Assembly: GCA_963717435.1 (NCBI GenBank)
Contig: OY970332.1
Coordinates: 1,024,001 to 1,088,000, forward strand
Origin: an uncultured bacterium
GTDB taxonomy: Bacteria; Babelota; Babeliae; Babelales; Babelaceae
Reading direction: 5' to 3'
Length of the DNA stretch: 64,000 bases
The notes under the pieces were generated by a model. That model had not been told where the DNA came from. It ran no database searches and worked only from the letters and a program-made list of their open reading frames with translations. Positions within the stretch are counted from its first letter, which is position 1; every line of letters starts with the position of its first letter. A program made the position numbers and the translations under genes. Below, one piece after another: positions 20,162 through 30,151 of this stretch.

Positions 20162-21745
20162 TTAATCAATTTCAGCATAGCCCTTGGTTATCAAGTCTTT
20201 TTGTAATTGCTCAGGCAGAGCCTTAAATATCTCTTTTGTCTTTGAAGATGTGATTCTAAAGCCCCATGGCTGTGGATTATAAAGACTATTATTTATATCT
20301 TCTTGCTTTTTTCTGTATTCTAAAATCGATTTTAGAAGTAAAATCCCATATGTGCCAATGGGTTTTTCTTGCTCAGTTTTATTAATTGATTTTAAGAGTT
20401 CTTGTTGTAAATCAACAATCGATGACAGATCTAACAATTTAGTTAAACCGTCTTTGCCTGAAACATATAAAGCGTATTGGCCATTAGGGCACCATTTTAT
20501 AGAGTCGCCTTCGACTAAGTCGTTATATGACCCAAGTATTTTAGGATTGCGCTTATCGGTCATGTCCCACAACTTGATAGTATTATTCTCAGATCCAGAA
20601 AGAGCATATTTCCCGTTAGGGCTCCAGGCTATTGAAGAGACTCGGCCTTCGCGTTCGCTTAAAACTTTAATTAGTTTAAGTTTTACACTATCTGTTAGAT
20701 CTGGGTTATAATATAATTTAATCATCCCTTCACCTGGAGCGCAAAGAAGAAGGTATTTCCCGTCAGGACTCCATGACAATGAACGAACTCCAGTTTCGGG
20801 ACCATCGATGGTTACACGAAATCCCGGTTCATCATCCTGATTATCATTATTGGTTCGATCAGAAGGCAAAGTGCGTAAACTTATCCCAAAAACGTCGATT
20901 TCTCCTAAGATATCATAGCCAACTACACAATTTTCTCCATCGGGGTTGAGCGCAGCAGCAGCAATTTCATGATTTGCGTTTTTTCGGCCTATGCCACCTG
21001 AATATAAATATTTTCCTTTGAAGTCATCCCATTTCCATCGACAAATCGTTGATGGAGTGACACCCTCTTCATCTAATAGGCACGCGAAAATAATTTTGCC
21101 ATCGTGGCTCCAAAAGATAAAACGAACATCCATTTCATCTAAAAATTCAAGGCTTTTGTCATCAAAATTTATTAGGTAGATTTTACCATCATCTGTTCCC
21201 GCGGAAATTTTTTTGCCTTCAGGGTCAAATGCTGCTGCAGTATATTTTATGTTTAAATCTTTAGAAATTGTGGAAATAAGTGTGGGTTTGTGTTTATCGC
21301 ATACGTTCCAAAGTTCCAAAACTCCGTTTTCGTTGACGCAGCAAATTGTGTTCCCGCTTGGGTGCCAAGAATAACTCTTTGTTTTCCCAATAAAAGGGTA
21401 ATCCATATTTGATACAAGGCTTATATTACAAAATCGACGAGCCAGTTCCTTGTAAAATGCAGAGCCTGTGTTTAAAGATTCTCTCATAACTAGTTGTAGG
21501 GCTACCAATCTTTTATGGTTATGGGTCCAATCTATAAGTTGTCTTAAGAATATGGCCTCTTCGTGATTTATTTTATGGGTTGCCCAGTTCAGATGATTGT
21601 TTGCGATTGATTTGATAAATTCTTTTGCCTCAGAATTAATGTTTTTTGTGTTTTCCGTATCATCAGGACTATTAGGCTCCATGCCAATTAATTGTCCAGA
21701 AAATAGTATTAGTGCCAGATGTAATATCTTTTTTCTTTTATTCAC
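20162..21745 (-). CDS. Signal-peptide WD40-repeat protein (GTG start at 21745 probable)
   Basis: SIAWSPNGKYALSGSENNTIKLWD and related repeats. Confidence 0.88.
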   Translation of the reverse strand: MNKRKKILHLALILFSGQLIGMEPNSPDDTENTKNINSEAKEFIKSIANNHLNWATHKINHEEAIFLRQLIDWTHNHKRLVALQLVMRESLNTGSAFYKELARRFCNISLVSNMDYPFIGKTKSYSWHPSGNTICCVNENGVLELWNVCDKHKPTLISTISKDLNIKYTAAAFDPEGKKISAGTDDGKIYLINFDDKSLEFLDEMDVRFIFWSHDGKIIFACLLDEEGVTPSTICRWKWDDFKGKYLYSGGIGRKNANHEIAAAALNPDGENCVVGYDILGEIDVFGISLRTLPSDRTNNDNQDDEPGFRVTIDGPETGVRSLSWSPDGKYLLLCAPGEGMIKLYYNPDLTDSVKLKLIKVLSEREGRVSSIAWSPNGKYALSGSENNTIKLWDMTDKRNPKILGSYNDLVEGDSIKWCPNGQYALYVSGKDGLTKLLDLSSIVDLQQELLKSINKTEQEKPIGTYGILLLKSILEYRKKQEDINNSLYNPQPWGFRITSSKTKEIFKALPEQLQKDLITKGYAEID

Positions 21746-21998
21746 GAGTCTTTCCCCCAAAATATGCTTTAAATTTTCTAATATAAATTATTATACAGAT
21801 TTGTAAATTTATAACAATGGCTATGGGCCACCTGAGCCAAAGACCTCAAGAAATTGGAAATTCTGGGTCCTGTTGCCATAATTTTGATAATTTTGACTAA
21901 TGTTGACTTTGAGACTCTATTTCTAATAAACTCACCCATGTGGATCGATTTGTTGCATTGGAATACCATGACAATATCAAAAGATAAAGGGAATATTT

Positions 21999-22289
21999 AT
22001 GGACATATTAAAAAATCTTCAAGAGAAAATAGAGTTTCTAGTTGATACAGTAAAAAAGCTTAAATTTGAAAAAGAGCAGCTTTTACTGGAAAAAGAACAA
22101 ATCTTGTCAGCCAAAGAACTTTTGATCGAAGAAAATGGCGAGCTTAAGATAAAATTGGCTAACTTAGAGAATTCTTTATTAAAAGAGACAAAAAATATTG
22201 ACGATTTGAGCCAAGAACGTGCCATGACCAAAATGGTAGTAGACGATCTTATAAAGAGTATTGATCTCTTGGTCGAAGAATCGAAGTAG
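21999..22289 (+). CDS. ZapB-like coiled-coil protein
   Basis: LKNLQEKIEFLVDTVKKLK heptads; directly upstream of zapA. Confidence 0.65.
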   Translation: MDILKNLQEKIEFLVDTVKKLKFEKEQLLLEKEQILSAKELLIEENGELKIKLANLENSLLKETKNIDDLSQERAMTKMVVDDLIKSIDLLVEESK

Positions 22290-22292
22290 ATT

Positions 22293-22440
22293 ACCCATGC
22301 TTCGCCAAGGCTTCCCGCTTAGTCGAGACTACGCAGGACAAGTCGCTGAAGCTTCGACGGGCAGGCCGAGTGTATTGCCCGCGCGCCGTAGTTTTAACGT
22401 AGGCGTGAGGGACGCCGGGGACGGCAGTGCGAGCGGGTGT
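22293..22440. repeat. GC-rich composite palindromic element
   Basis: Contains cttcgccaaggcttc (inner hairpin of the REP copy at 42431) and cgcgccgtagttttaacgtaggcgtgaggga (similar to 30086-30116). Confidence 0.6.
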
Positions 22441-22470
22441 GAAAAATTAAACTCTTTTTGAAAGAAATCT

Positions 22471-22776
22471 ATGAATAATATAAATAATAATTTAAAGAAT
22501 AATTTAAAAAAATATAAAATCGCCATATACGGCTCAAACTATACTATAGTCAGTGACGAGCCCCAAGATATAATCAATGAAGCGGCAAAGCTGGTCGATG
22601 CCCACATGCGCGATACTGCTGCCAGTTCACAGATTCATGACCCCAAAAGCCTGGCTATACTTGCTGCACTTAATTCGGCGGTTAAATCTGTTAATGCCCA
22701 AAATGAGGTAAATCAGATGATAGATAGCTACCAGAAACTGCTTGATAAGGTTGAGCTTGAGATTAAAGTTTTATAA
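22471..22776 (+). CDS. zapA: Cell division protein ZapA
   Basis: IAIYGSNYTI, AAKLVDAHMR, LAILAALN. Confidence 0.85.
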   Translation: MNNINNNLKNNLKKYKIAIYGSNYTIVSDEPQDIINEAAKLVDAHMRDTAASSQIHDPKSLAILAALNSAVKSVNAQNEVNQMIDSYQKLLDKVELEIKVL

Positions 22777-22880
22777 TAGTTATTATCAAAAATGAGCTCG
22801 TGCATAGGGCTATTTTTTTAATTAATTAAGAATTTGTATAACTTGAATTTTTGATTTTTATTTTATATCTAGGGCACAAA

Positions 22881-24317
22881 ATGAAATCGTTAGATAAATT
22901 AAACAGGTTATTTTTTATAACGTTATTGCTTTATTCTATGCAATTAGGCTGCATGGAAAGCAGTCCTAGTAAATCAACAAGCGAGCTTAAACAGATAACT
23001 GGTAGTCCTGAAGAGATAAAAGTTCTTACAATGGATCGCGACGTGAATAAAGATCATAAAAAGCTTCTTGCTTTTACTTTGGTCATGCGCGAAGAATTAA
23101 AACCAGCAAGTTTTTTAATAAAACAACTTGTTAATATTGCATCAAAAGATATTAATAATATAACAACTTTACGTCACAATTCGGGTATTAATTCAGTATC
23201 ATTTAGTCCTAATGGCAATTATGTTCTTTCAGGTGCCAATGATAAAACAATTAAGTTATGGGATATAAGGAATAAACAAAACCCTAACACTAACGCAGTT
23301 GCAACTTTAACTGGCCATACTGATGCTGTTGCTTCAGTATCGTGGAGCCCTGATGGCAACTATGCTCTTTCCGGAGACATTGACGGAGAATTTTTTTTAT
23401 GGGATTTAAGAAATAAACAAAACCCTACATTAATTAAAACTTTAACTGGTCATGGTTTGCCCTCTGTTTATTCAATATCGTGGAGCCCTGATGGCAACTA
23501 TGCTCTTTCTGGAGACACTGAAAAAGTTTTTTTATGGGATTTAAGAAATAAACAAAATCCTACATTAATTAAAGATTTAACTGGTCATGATATGCTCTCT
23601 GCTTCTTCAGTATCATGGAGCCCTGATGGGAATTATGCCATTTCTGGAACCACTGAAGGAGAAGTTTTTTTATGGGATTTGAGAGATAAACAAAATCCTA
23701 AAGAGATTAAAGATCTAAAGGGGCATACTCGTCCTGTTGCTTCAGTATCGTGGAGTTCAGATGGTAAATATGCCATTTCTGGAGACACTAAAGGAGAAGT
23801 TTTTTTATGGGATTTAAGAGATAAACAAAAACCCAAAGAATTAGCATTAAAAGGTGATACTGGTCCTGTTTATTCAGTATCATTTAGCCCTGATGGGAAT
23901 TATGCCATTTCTGGTTCTTCGGATAAAACAATTAAGCTGTGGGATTTAACTAACAAACAAAAACCCAAAGAATTAGCAACATTAAAAGGGCATACTAGCA
24001 CTGTTTCTTCAGTAGCATTTAGCCCGGATGGCAATTATGCTATTTCCGGTTCTCGGGATAAAACAATCAAGCTGTGGGATTTGGGATTTTTAAGGCTAAC
24101 TGACTATCTCCTAAAGCTGCCAGACAAGCCTGATGGGGTCCTGGTCTACATACTTCTAAGTTCAATACTAGAGTTTCGAAAAAAACAAGAAGATGCAAAA
24201 GAAACATTGTTAATGCCGTTTAGTATTAGTTACAAACAATTAAAAGATCTATTTAAGAGCCTGCCGGATGTTTTGAAGGGGAGTTTAATTAAAGAGGGGT
24301 ACGTTAAAATTAAGTAA
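22881..24317 (+). CDS. Signal-peptide protein with 7 WD40 repeats
   Basis: GH..V.SVSWSPDGNYALSG...LWDLRNKQNP repeats; ATG at 22881. Confidence 0.93.
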   Translation: MKSLDKLNRLFFITLLLYSMQLGCMESSPSKSTSELKQITGSPEEIKVLTMDRDVNKDHKKLLAFTLVMREELKPASFLIKQLVNIASKDINNITTLRHNSGINSVSFSPNGNYVLSGANDKTIKLWDIRNKQNPNTNAVATLTGHTDAVASVSWSPDGNYALSGDIDGEFFLWDLRNKQNPTLIKTLTGHGLPSVYSISWSPDGNYALSGDTEKVFLWDLRNKQNPTLIKDLTGHDMLSASSVSWSPDGNYAISGTTEGEVFLWDLRDKQNPKEIKDLKGHTRPVASVSWSSDGKYAISGDTKGEVFLWDLRDKQKPKELALKGDTGPVYSVSFSPDGNYAISGSSDKTIKLWDLTNKQKPKELATLKGHTSTVSSVAFSPDGNYAISGSRDKTIKLWDLGFLRLTDYLLKLPDKPDGVLVYILLSSILEFRKKQEDAKETLLMPFSISYKQLKDLFKSLPDVLKGSLIKEGYVKIK

Positions 24318-24462
24318 AATTACTTTAAAAGCCCATAAATTTATAGATTTTAGGGCTTTTTTAACATTTTTATCTCGATATTTGTCAAGATAGTATATAA
24401 TTGTATGTAGTATAGTAAATATGAACAATTAATTTTGATATTGGTATCAGGAGAATATAAAA

Positions 24463-26019
24463 ATGTTATCTACTTCGATTGCAATAGGTATCGCGCTCAT
24501 CGCAGCGGGGATATTGATGATTGCATACGCATTCAGTAAATTTCAAGGCGCCCAAAGGCTCAATTCAGAATCCAAAGCTAAATTGGATTCGGCAAGGCGC
24601 GAGATAGAAAATGAGCGCAAAGAGGCGGCTCTAAGAATAAAAGATGAAATTTATAAGAAAAGAACAGAGTTTGAACTTGAAGTTAAGCGGGAAAAAGCTG
24701 AACTTGAGAGATTTCAATCAAGACTTACGTCAAAGCTGGACGTTATTGAAAAAAAAGAGCAACGCATTGACGAAATTCAAAGAGAGCTCCAACAAAAAGA
24801 GCGCCAGCTTCTGCGCAGCACAGATGCCTTAAGAATTAACGAACAAAAGCTTAAAACGCTTTATGATGAACTTGTGACCAAGCTTGAACATATTTCAAAT
24901 ATGTCCCGAGAAGAGGCAAAGCAGACACTGTTTAATATGCTTGAATCTGAAGTTAAGCATGCAAATCAAAAATGGATCCAAAAAATGGAAGACGACGCCC
25001 GCCAGGAAGCAAAAGAGCGTTCTGTTGGCATAGTTGTTCAAGCGATGCAAAGATATACAGCCGATCAGGTTTCCCCTGCATCTTCAGGTGCCGTTCATCT
25101 GCCTAATGACGAAATGAAAGGCAGAATTATTGGTAAAGAGGGCCGAAATATTAAAGCCCTTGAGATGGCCACAGGTATGGAGTTTGTAATTGGTGATACA
25201 CCTGAGATTATAACCATATCGGGCTTTAATCCAATAAGACGTGAAATAGCAAAAAGAACTTTAGAGAAGCTAATAGCGGACGGTAGAATAAACCCTACGC
25301 GCATCGAAGAGACAGTTGCGCAGTGTGAAAAAGAGATAGAAGATATTATTCAAGAGCACGGACGAGATACGGTTCTTAAGTTTAACTTGCAGGGAATTAA
25401 GCCGGAGATCGTGTCACTTCTTGGTAAATTACATTTTAGAACAAGTTTTTCACAAAATGTATTATTGCACAGTATAGAAGTTGCAATATTTGCCCGTATG
25501 ATAGCTGAAGAGCTGGGCCTACCAAATCCTGAAATCGCTCTACGTGGTGGGTTACTTCACGATATAGGTAAAGCAGTTTCTGCTGAAGTCGAAGGGCCGC
25601 ATGCTCTTATCGGCGCGGATATAGCAAAGCGATGTGGCGAAGATGCTTTAGTTGTTAACGCAATCGCGGCGCACCATGAAGAAGTTACATTTACATCTAT
25701 ATATAGCCCAATAGTTATGATAGCGGACACAATATCTGCATCCCGCCCTGGTGCTCGACGTGAAACACTTTCTGCTTATATTAAGAGACTCGAAAAGCTT
25801 GAAGAAATAGCGTATTCTTTTGATGGCGTGAAAAAAGCTTATGCGCTACAAGCCGGACGTGAAGTTAGAATTATAGTTGAGGAAGATGTCTTGGATGACG
25901 AAGGTGCACTAACATTGGCTCGCGAAATTGCGCGCAAAGTTGAGCAAGATATGAACTTCCCAGGTCAAATAAAGATTAACGTTATAAGAGAGAAGCGATC
26001 TATAGAGTATGCAAAATAA
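24463..26019 (+). CDS. rny: Ribonuclease Y
   Basis: TM helix, coiled coil, KH (MKGRIIGKEGRNI), HD (LLHDIGKA), SASRPGARRE. Confidence 0.98.
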   Translation: MLSTSIAIGIALIAAGILMIAYAFSKFQGAQRLNSESKAKLDSARREIENERKEAALRIKDEIYKKRTEFELEVKREKAELERFQSRLTSKLDVIEKKEQRIDEIQRELQQKERQLLRSTDALRINEQKLKTLYDELVTKLEHISNMSREEAKQTLFNMLESEVKHANQKWIQKMEDDARQEAKERSVGIVVQAMQRYTADQVSPASSGAVHLPNDEMKGRIIGKEGRNIKALEMATGMEFVIGDTPEIITISGFNPIRREIAKRTLEKLIADGRINPTRIEETVAQCEKEIEDIIQEHGRDTVLKFNLQGIKPEIVSLLGKLHFRTSFSQNVLLHSIEVAIFARMIAEELGLPNPEIALRGGLLHDIGKAVSAEVEGPHALIGADIAKRCGEDALVVNAIAAHHEEVTFTSIYSPIVMIADTISASRPGARRETLSAYIKRLEKLEEIAYSFDGVKKAYALQAGREVRIIVEEDVLDDEGALTLAREIARKVEQDMNFPGQIKINVIREKRSIEYAK

Positions 26020-26857
26020 TTCAAAATTACGCGTACTTATGCTGGGGGATCTTGTTGGAACCCCTGGTCAAGCTATGCTTCAGAAACATATAAAAAATAT
26101 AAAATCCCAATATAAAATAGACTTTGTTGTTGCCAACGGTGAAAATAGTGCTGACGGCAAAGGCGTCACCCCTAAGGTTATGAGATTCTTTAAGCATAAT
26201 CATGTTGACGTCGTAACTTCAGGAAATCATATCTGGCAAAAGAAAGATATTTTTCAATACTTATCTTCTAATACAGATTTATTAAGACCAGCAAATTTTC
26301 CTATGGGGTGCCCAGGTTCAGGTGTTGGAGTTTATAGATGCGAAACTGAATCGGGTGTCGTAAATATTGGCGTTATGAATATTCAGGGTCGCGTTTTTAT
26401 GCGCGAGCTTGTTGGCGATCCGATGCGCACAGCCGACAGTTTATTAACAATGCTTCGATCCAAAACTGATATTATTTTAGTTGATTTTCATGCTGAAACA
26501 ACAGCAGAAAAGCTTGGCTTTGCATTTTATCTTGATGGCCGAGTTAGCGCAGTTGTTGGAACACATACTCATGTTCAGACTGCAGATAATAGAATTTTGC
26601 CTAACGGGACAGCTTATATAACAGATCTTGGGATGTCAGGTTCATTAAATTCTATGATTGGTATGAAAAAAGAGCCAATTATCCAGAACATGTTAACCCA
26701 GATGCCGGTTAAGTTTGAAGTTGATCACGACGGCCCGTTTATCTTATGCGGCGTTTGTATCGAGATAGACACAAAATCTGGCAAAGCAGTGTCTATCGAG
26801 AGAATTTATATAACTGATCATGATCTGCAAATCGACCAAAACTCTGGTGCACAATAA
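26009..26857 (+). CDS. ymdB: YmdB-type metallophosphoesterase
   Basis: GDLVG, ANGEN, TSGNH, DFHAETTAEK, GTHTHVQTAD; follows rny. Confidence 0.93.
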   Translation: MQNNSKLRVLMLGDLVGTPGQAMLQKHIKNIKSQYKIDFVVANGENSADGKGVTPKVMRFFKHNHVDVVTSGNHIWQKKDIFQYLSSNTDLLRPANFPMGCPGSGVGVYRCETESGVVNIGVMNIQGRVFMRELVGDPMRTADSLLTMLRSKTDIILVDFHAETTAEKLGFAFYLDGRVSAVVGTHTHVQTADNRILPNGTAYITDLGMSGSLNSMIGMKKEPIIQNMLTQMPVKFEVDHDGPFILCGVCIEIDTKSGKAVSIERIYITDHDLQIDQNSGAQ

Positions 26858-26907
26858 AAATAAATTTTAGATAACTATAGCATAGCTTGTATAACAACTG
26901 ACACCCG

Positions 26908-26953
26908 ACCCTTCGATACACTGCTCTTCGAGCAGCACTCAGGGCGAGCGGGT
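26908..26953 (+). repeat. REP-like element, copy 2 (divergent, compensatory stems)
   Basis: acccttcgataca-ctgctc-ttc-gagcag-cactcagggcgagcgg. Confidence 0.8.
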
Positions 26954-27005
26954 GTATACAGTTAACTGAGATAAGCTATAGATCTCTAATTTTGGTTATT
27001 AAAAT

Positions 27006-28436
27006 TTATTTTAAAACAACATAATTTTGGTTAATTAAAGCGTTGCGTAAATAATCTGGCAAGCCATTAAATATTTTCTTTAATTTAGGGTAACTAATAC
27101 TAAATGGCATTAACAATGTTTCTTTTTCATCTTCTTGTTTTTTTCGAAACTCAAGAATAGCTTTTAGTAATAGATACTGCAAAACACCTTCTCCAGGCTC
27201 TCTACCGACTATATTCTCCGGCAGTTGCATAAGGTAGGCAGGTAGTTTTGTAACTTTTAAATCCCACAGCTTAATTGTATGATCCCAAGAACCGGAAATA
27301 GCATAATTGCCATCTGGGCTAAATGATGCTGATTCAACCCTCCCAATATGACCAGTTAAAGTTGCGATTGGGTTAGTGTTAGGGTTTTTCTTATCCCTCA
27401 AATCCCACAACTTAATTGTATTATCAAGAGAGCCAGAAAGAGCATAATTGCCATCTGGGCTCCATGATACTGAATAAACAGCGCCATTATGACCAGTTAA
27501 AGTTTTAATTAATATGGGATTTTGCTTATTTCTCAAATCCCACAATTTGATTGTTTTATCCGCAGAACCGGAAATAGCATAATTGCCATCAGGGCTCCAT
27601 GCTACTGAATAAACAGTGCCATCATGACCAGTTAAAGTTTTAATTAATATAGGATTTTGTTTATTTCTTAAATCCCACAACTTAATTGTTTTATCAAGAG
27701 AACCAGAAAGAGCATAATTGCCATCAGGGCTCCATGATACTGAATAAACAACGCTATTATGACCAGTTAAAGTTTTAATTAATATAGGATTTTGCTTATT
27801 TCTCAAATCCCACAGCTTAATTTTTTTATCAATAGAACCAGAAAGAGCATATTTTCCATCTGGGCTAAATGATACTGATAAAACAGCCTGTTCATGACCA
27901 GTTAAAGTTGCGATTGGGTTAGTGTTAGGATTTTGCTTATTTCTTAGATCCCACAAGTTAATTGTTTTATCAAGAGAACCCGAAATAGCATAATTGCCAT
28001 CTGGACTAAATGATACTGATCTAATCCCCCCAGTATCGCCAGTTAAAGTGGCTATAGGTTTTGTATTAGGATTTTGCTTATTTCTTAGATCCCACAAATT
28101 AATTGTATCATCACCAGAACCAGAAAGTGCATAATTGCCATCTGGATCTGGACTAAATGCTACTGAAGAAACAGTATTATCATGACCTTCTAAAGTTGCA
28201 ATATTACTATTTTTTAATGCAATATTAAGTAATTCTTTAATAAAAGAGCTTGAGGGCTTTAATTCTTCGCGCATGACTAATTCAATGGCCAAAGGCTTAG
28301 GCGTTTCAATAAGCTTCATCAGCTTAAATTCTTCTGTGCTGCCTTTAGGCGTTTTCGACTGCTTTGATTCCATCCCAATTAACTGCATAGAAATAAGCGC
28401 AAGTGACGTAAGAATTATTCTATTTATTGATTTCAT
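27006..28436 (-). CDS. Signal-peptide protein with 7 highly similar WD40 repeats
   Basis: TLTGH...VYSVSWSPDGNYALSGSLDKTIKLWDLRNKQNP repeats. Confidence 0.95.
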   Translation of the reverse strand: MKSINRIILTSLALISMQLIGMESKQSKTPKGSTEEFKLMKLIETPKPLAIELVMREELKPSSSFIKELLNIALKNSNIATLEGHDNTVSSVAFSPDPDGNYALSGSGDDTINLWDLRNKQNPNTKPIATLTGDTGGIRSVSFSPDGNYAISGSLDKTINLWDLRNKQNPNTNPIATLTGHEQAVLSVSFSPDGKYALSGSIDKKIKLWDLRNKQNPILIKTLTGHNSVVYSVSWSPDGNYALSGSLDKTIKLWDLRNKQNPILIKTLTGHDGTVYSVAWSPDGNYAISGSADKTIKLWDLRNKQNPILIKTLTGHNGAVYSVSWSPDGNYALSGSLDNTIKLWDLRDKKNPNTNPIATLTGHIGRVESASFSPDGNYAISGSWDHTIKLWDLKVTKLPAYLMQLPENIVGREPGEGVLQYLLLKAILEFRKKQEDEKETLLMPFSISYPKLKKIFNGLPDYLRNALINQNYVVLK

Positions 28437-28479
28437 AATTTCCCCTCAGAAATTAAAATTAATTTCTTCATCAATTTCT

Positions 28480-28965
28480 TCATAATGAGAAAACGTGATT
28501 AGCTATATCTACAACTGCTTTTCTGAGATAATTTAATAACTCTTGTTTATCAAAATCGTCAGTTTTTATTTCAGCATATTGCAGCTCATCTATTAATTCA
28601 CTAATTTTTATGAACACGCCAGGCCTCTTGCCACTAAGTCTGAGCGGAGCTTTTGGATTGCTAATTCGAGATGCCATCGCGCCTAATAATTGCTTGCTTA
28701 ATGCCAAAACCGGCTCGTCTTCTATGCTTTTAGGCTTAACGTAATTTATAACTGGAAGTAATATATTAGCATCATAATTTAATACTCGCGCATTTTTTTT
28801 TAGTTCACTTAATTCGCTGGGCTTGATTCCCTTAGCATCGTCACCCACTATCTGATAAGCATATACTTTTATTTTTTTTTCAATACTTTCTCTGCTTTCT
28901 TCTGGTTGGGAAGCAGTATAATTATTTGCAAATATTAAAAGTGCAAAAAATATATTTCTTTTCAT
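28480..28965 (-). CDS. Exported hypothetical protein
   Basis: 161-aa ORF with signal-like N-terminus, coupled to the upstream ORF. Confidence 0.65.
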   Translation of the reverse strand: MKRNIFFALLIFANNYTASQPEESRESIEKKIKVYAYQIVGDDAKGIKPSELSELKKNARVLNYDANILLPVINYVKPKSIEDEPVLALSKQLLGAMASRISNPKAPLRLSGKRPGVFIKISELIDELQYAEIKTDDFDKQELLNYLRKAVVDIANHVFSL

Positions 28966-28966
28966 A

Positions 28967-29503
28967 TTATTTCAACTTTTCAAATTTAGGATTTTGTTGC
29001 ACAAATTTTCCCCCAGAAACTTTGCTTGAAAAGCCTCTTAAGTCAAATCTTTTAATATCGCTAGATTCTACCGAAGAAACGGTGGTTAATAAGCCTCTTA
29101 TCAGTGCATACAAAGCGTCTGCAGCTATTTTTGTTTTGCTCAAGATTGCGCTTGGAATATTTAGCAGATATTCATCTCTAATAGTTAAGAACACTGTTTT
29201 TGCATCAGATTCACCATTTAGAAGTGTTAAGTAAGTTGCATCAACTTTTTTGAATAATTTATTTACATCACCACTTTTTGCGATAACAGGCGCGATTTCT
29301 GTGCGCAACTTAATATAGTTATCGCCTATTTGTTGAAACTCTCTCTTTTTTAATAATCCCGAAAAGCTTGAGACATAAGCCTGAACTTTTGCACCTGGAG
29401 TATCTATATTTAGTATATCTAAATTTGCTTCTGTGTCTTTAGATATCAAGTTAAAACTTGTAAGAATAAAAATTGAACAAAATATTTTTTTGATATTTTT
29501 CAT
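28967..29503 (-). CDS. Exported hypothetical protein
   Basis: 178-aa ORF, signal-like N-terminus, AGGGA RBS. Confidence 0.65.
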   Translation of the reverse strand: MKNIKKIFCSIFILTSFNLISKDTEANLDILNIDTPGAKVQAYVSSFSGLLKKREFQQIGDNYIKLRTEIAPVIAKSGDVNKLFKKVDATYLTLLNGESDAKTVFLTIRDEYLLNIPSAILSKTKIAADALYALIRGLLTTVSSVESSDIKRFDLRGFSSKVSGGKFVQQNPKFEKLK

Positions 29504-30033
29504 AACAAAATTCCCTAATAATAAAAAATTAAAAAACTTAAAACAAAATTATACTGCGTTGTTGGTTTTCACTATTAATTTTAATTAACCGATTTTTGAA
29601 AGAGCAATAGTTTTAATTTTTTAAAGTTTTGAAGAATTTATGTGAAGCTTTTTTATTGAAAAAGTAAAATTATAATTTTGGCCCCTAATTTGACAAATTT
29701 TGAATTATTTAGATTTGTAATTGTTTTACATTACTCAATTCAAAAACTATCGTCTTAATTAAAATTTAAGCCCCCTATTTTTTTAGACTTTTACATAATT
29801 TATTTGTTTTTTAAATTTGAAAAGAATTTATGTGAAATTAAAGTAATTTCTGGGATAACTTTTTGAGGTCAAATTTAATCAAAACTTCTTTCCTGGTTTA
29901 AATACGTCATGTCCGGAATGAGAAAATTTTGGACATGAAAAAGATCGGATTTACAGGTTCAAATTCGACCCATAAAATTTAGACCTAATTTAGATTTAAC
30001 AAACAAAGCATCTATAAACAAGTCGCCAAAAAG

Positions 30034-30081
30034 CCCGCTCATCCCGAGTGTTTTTTCGCAGAAAAAATGTATCGAGGGATG
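30034..30081 (-). repeat. REP-like element, copy 3
   Basis: cccgctcatcccgagtg-ttttttc-gca-gaaaaaa-tgtatcgagggatg. Confidence 0.9.
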
Positions 30082-30151
30082 TCTACGCGCCGAAGTTCTA
30101 AAGTAGGCGAGAGGGATCGGCCAGAAAGATGGTTTTTATTGGGCTAAAACT

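Noticed and set aside
22293-22440. 6S RNA near zapA and rny
   Set aside because: 6S usually lies downstream of zapA. This segment is upstream, is made of repeat modules, and shows no clear long rod with a central bubble. Not excluded without an Rfam scan.
22261-22526. Short ORFs 22261-22461 and 22329-22526
   Set aside because: Translations of the GC-rich palindromic element.
29504-30030. oriC
   Set aside because: AT-rich, but I found no cluster of TTATNCACA boxes and no adjacent dnaA.
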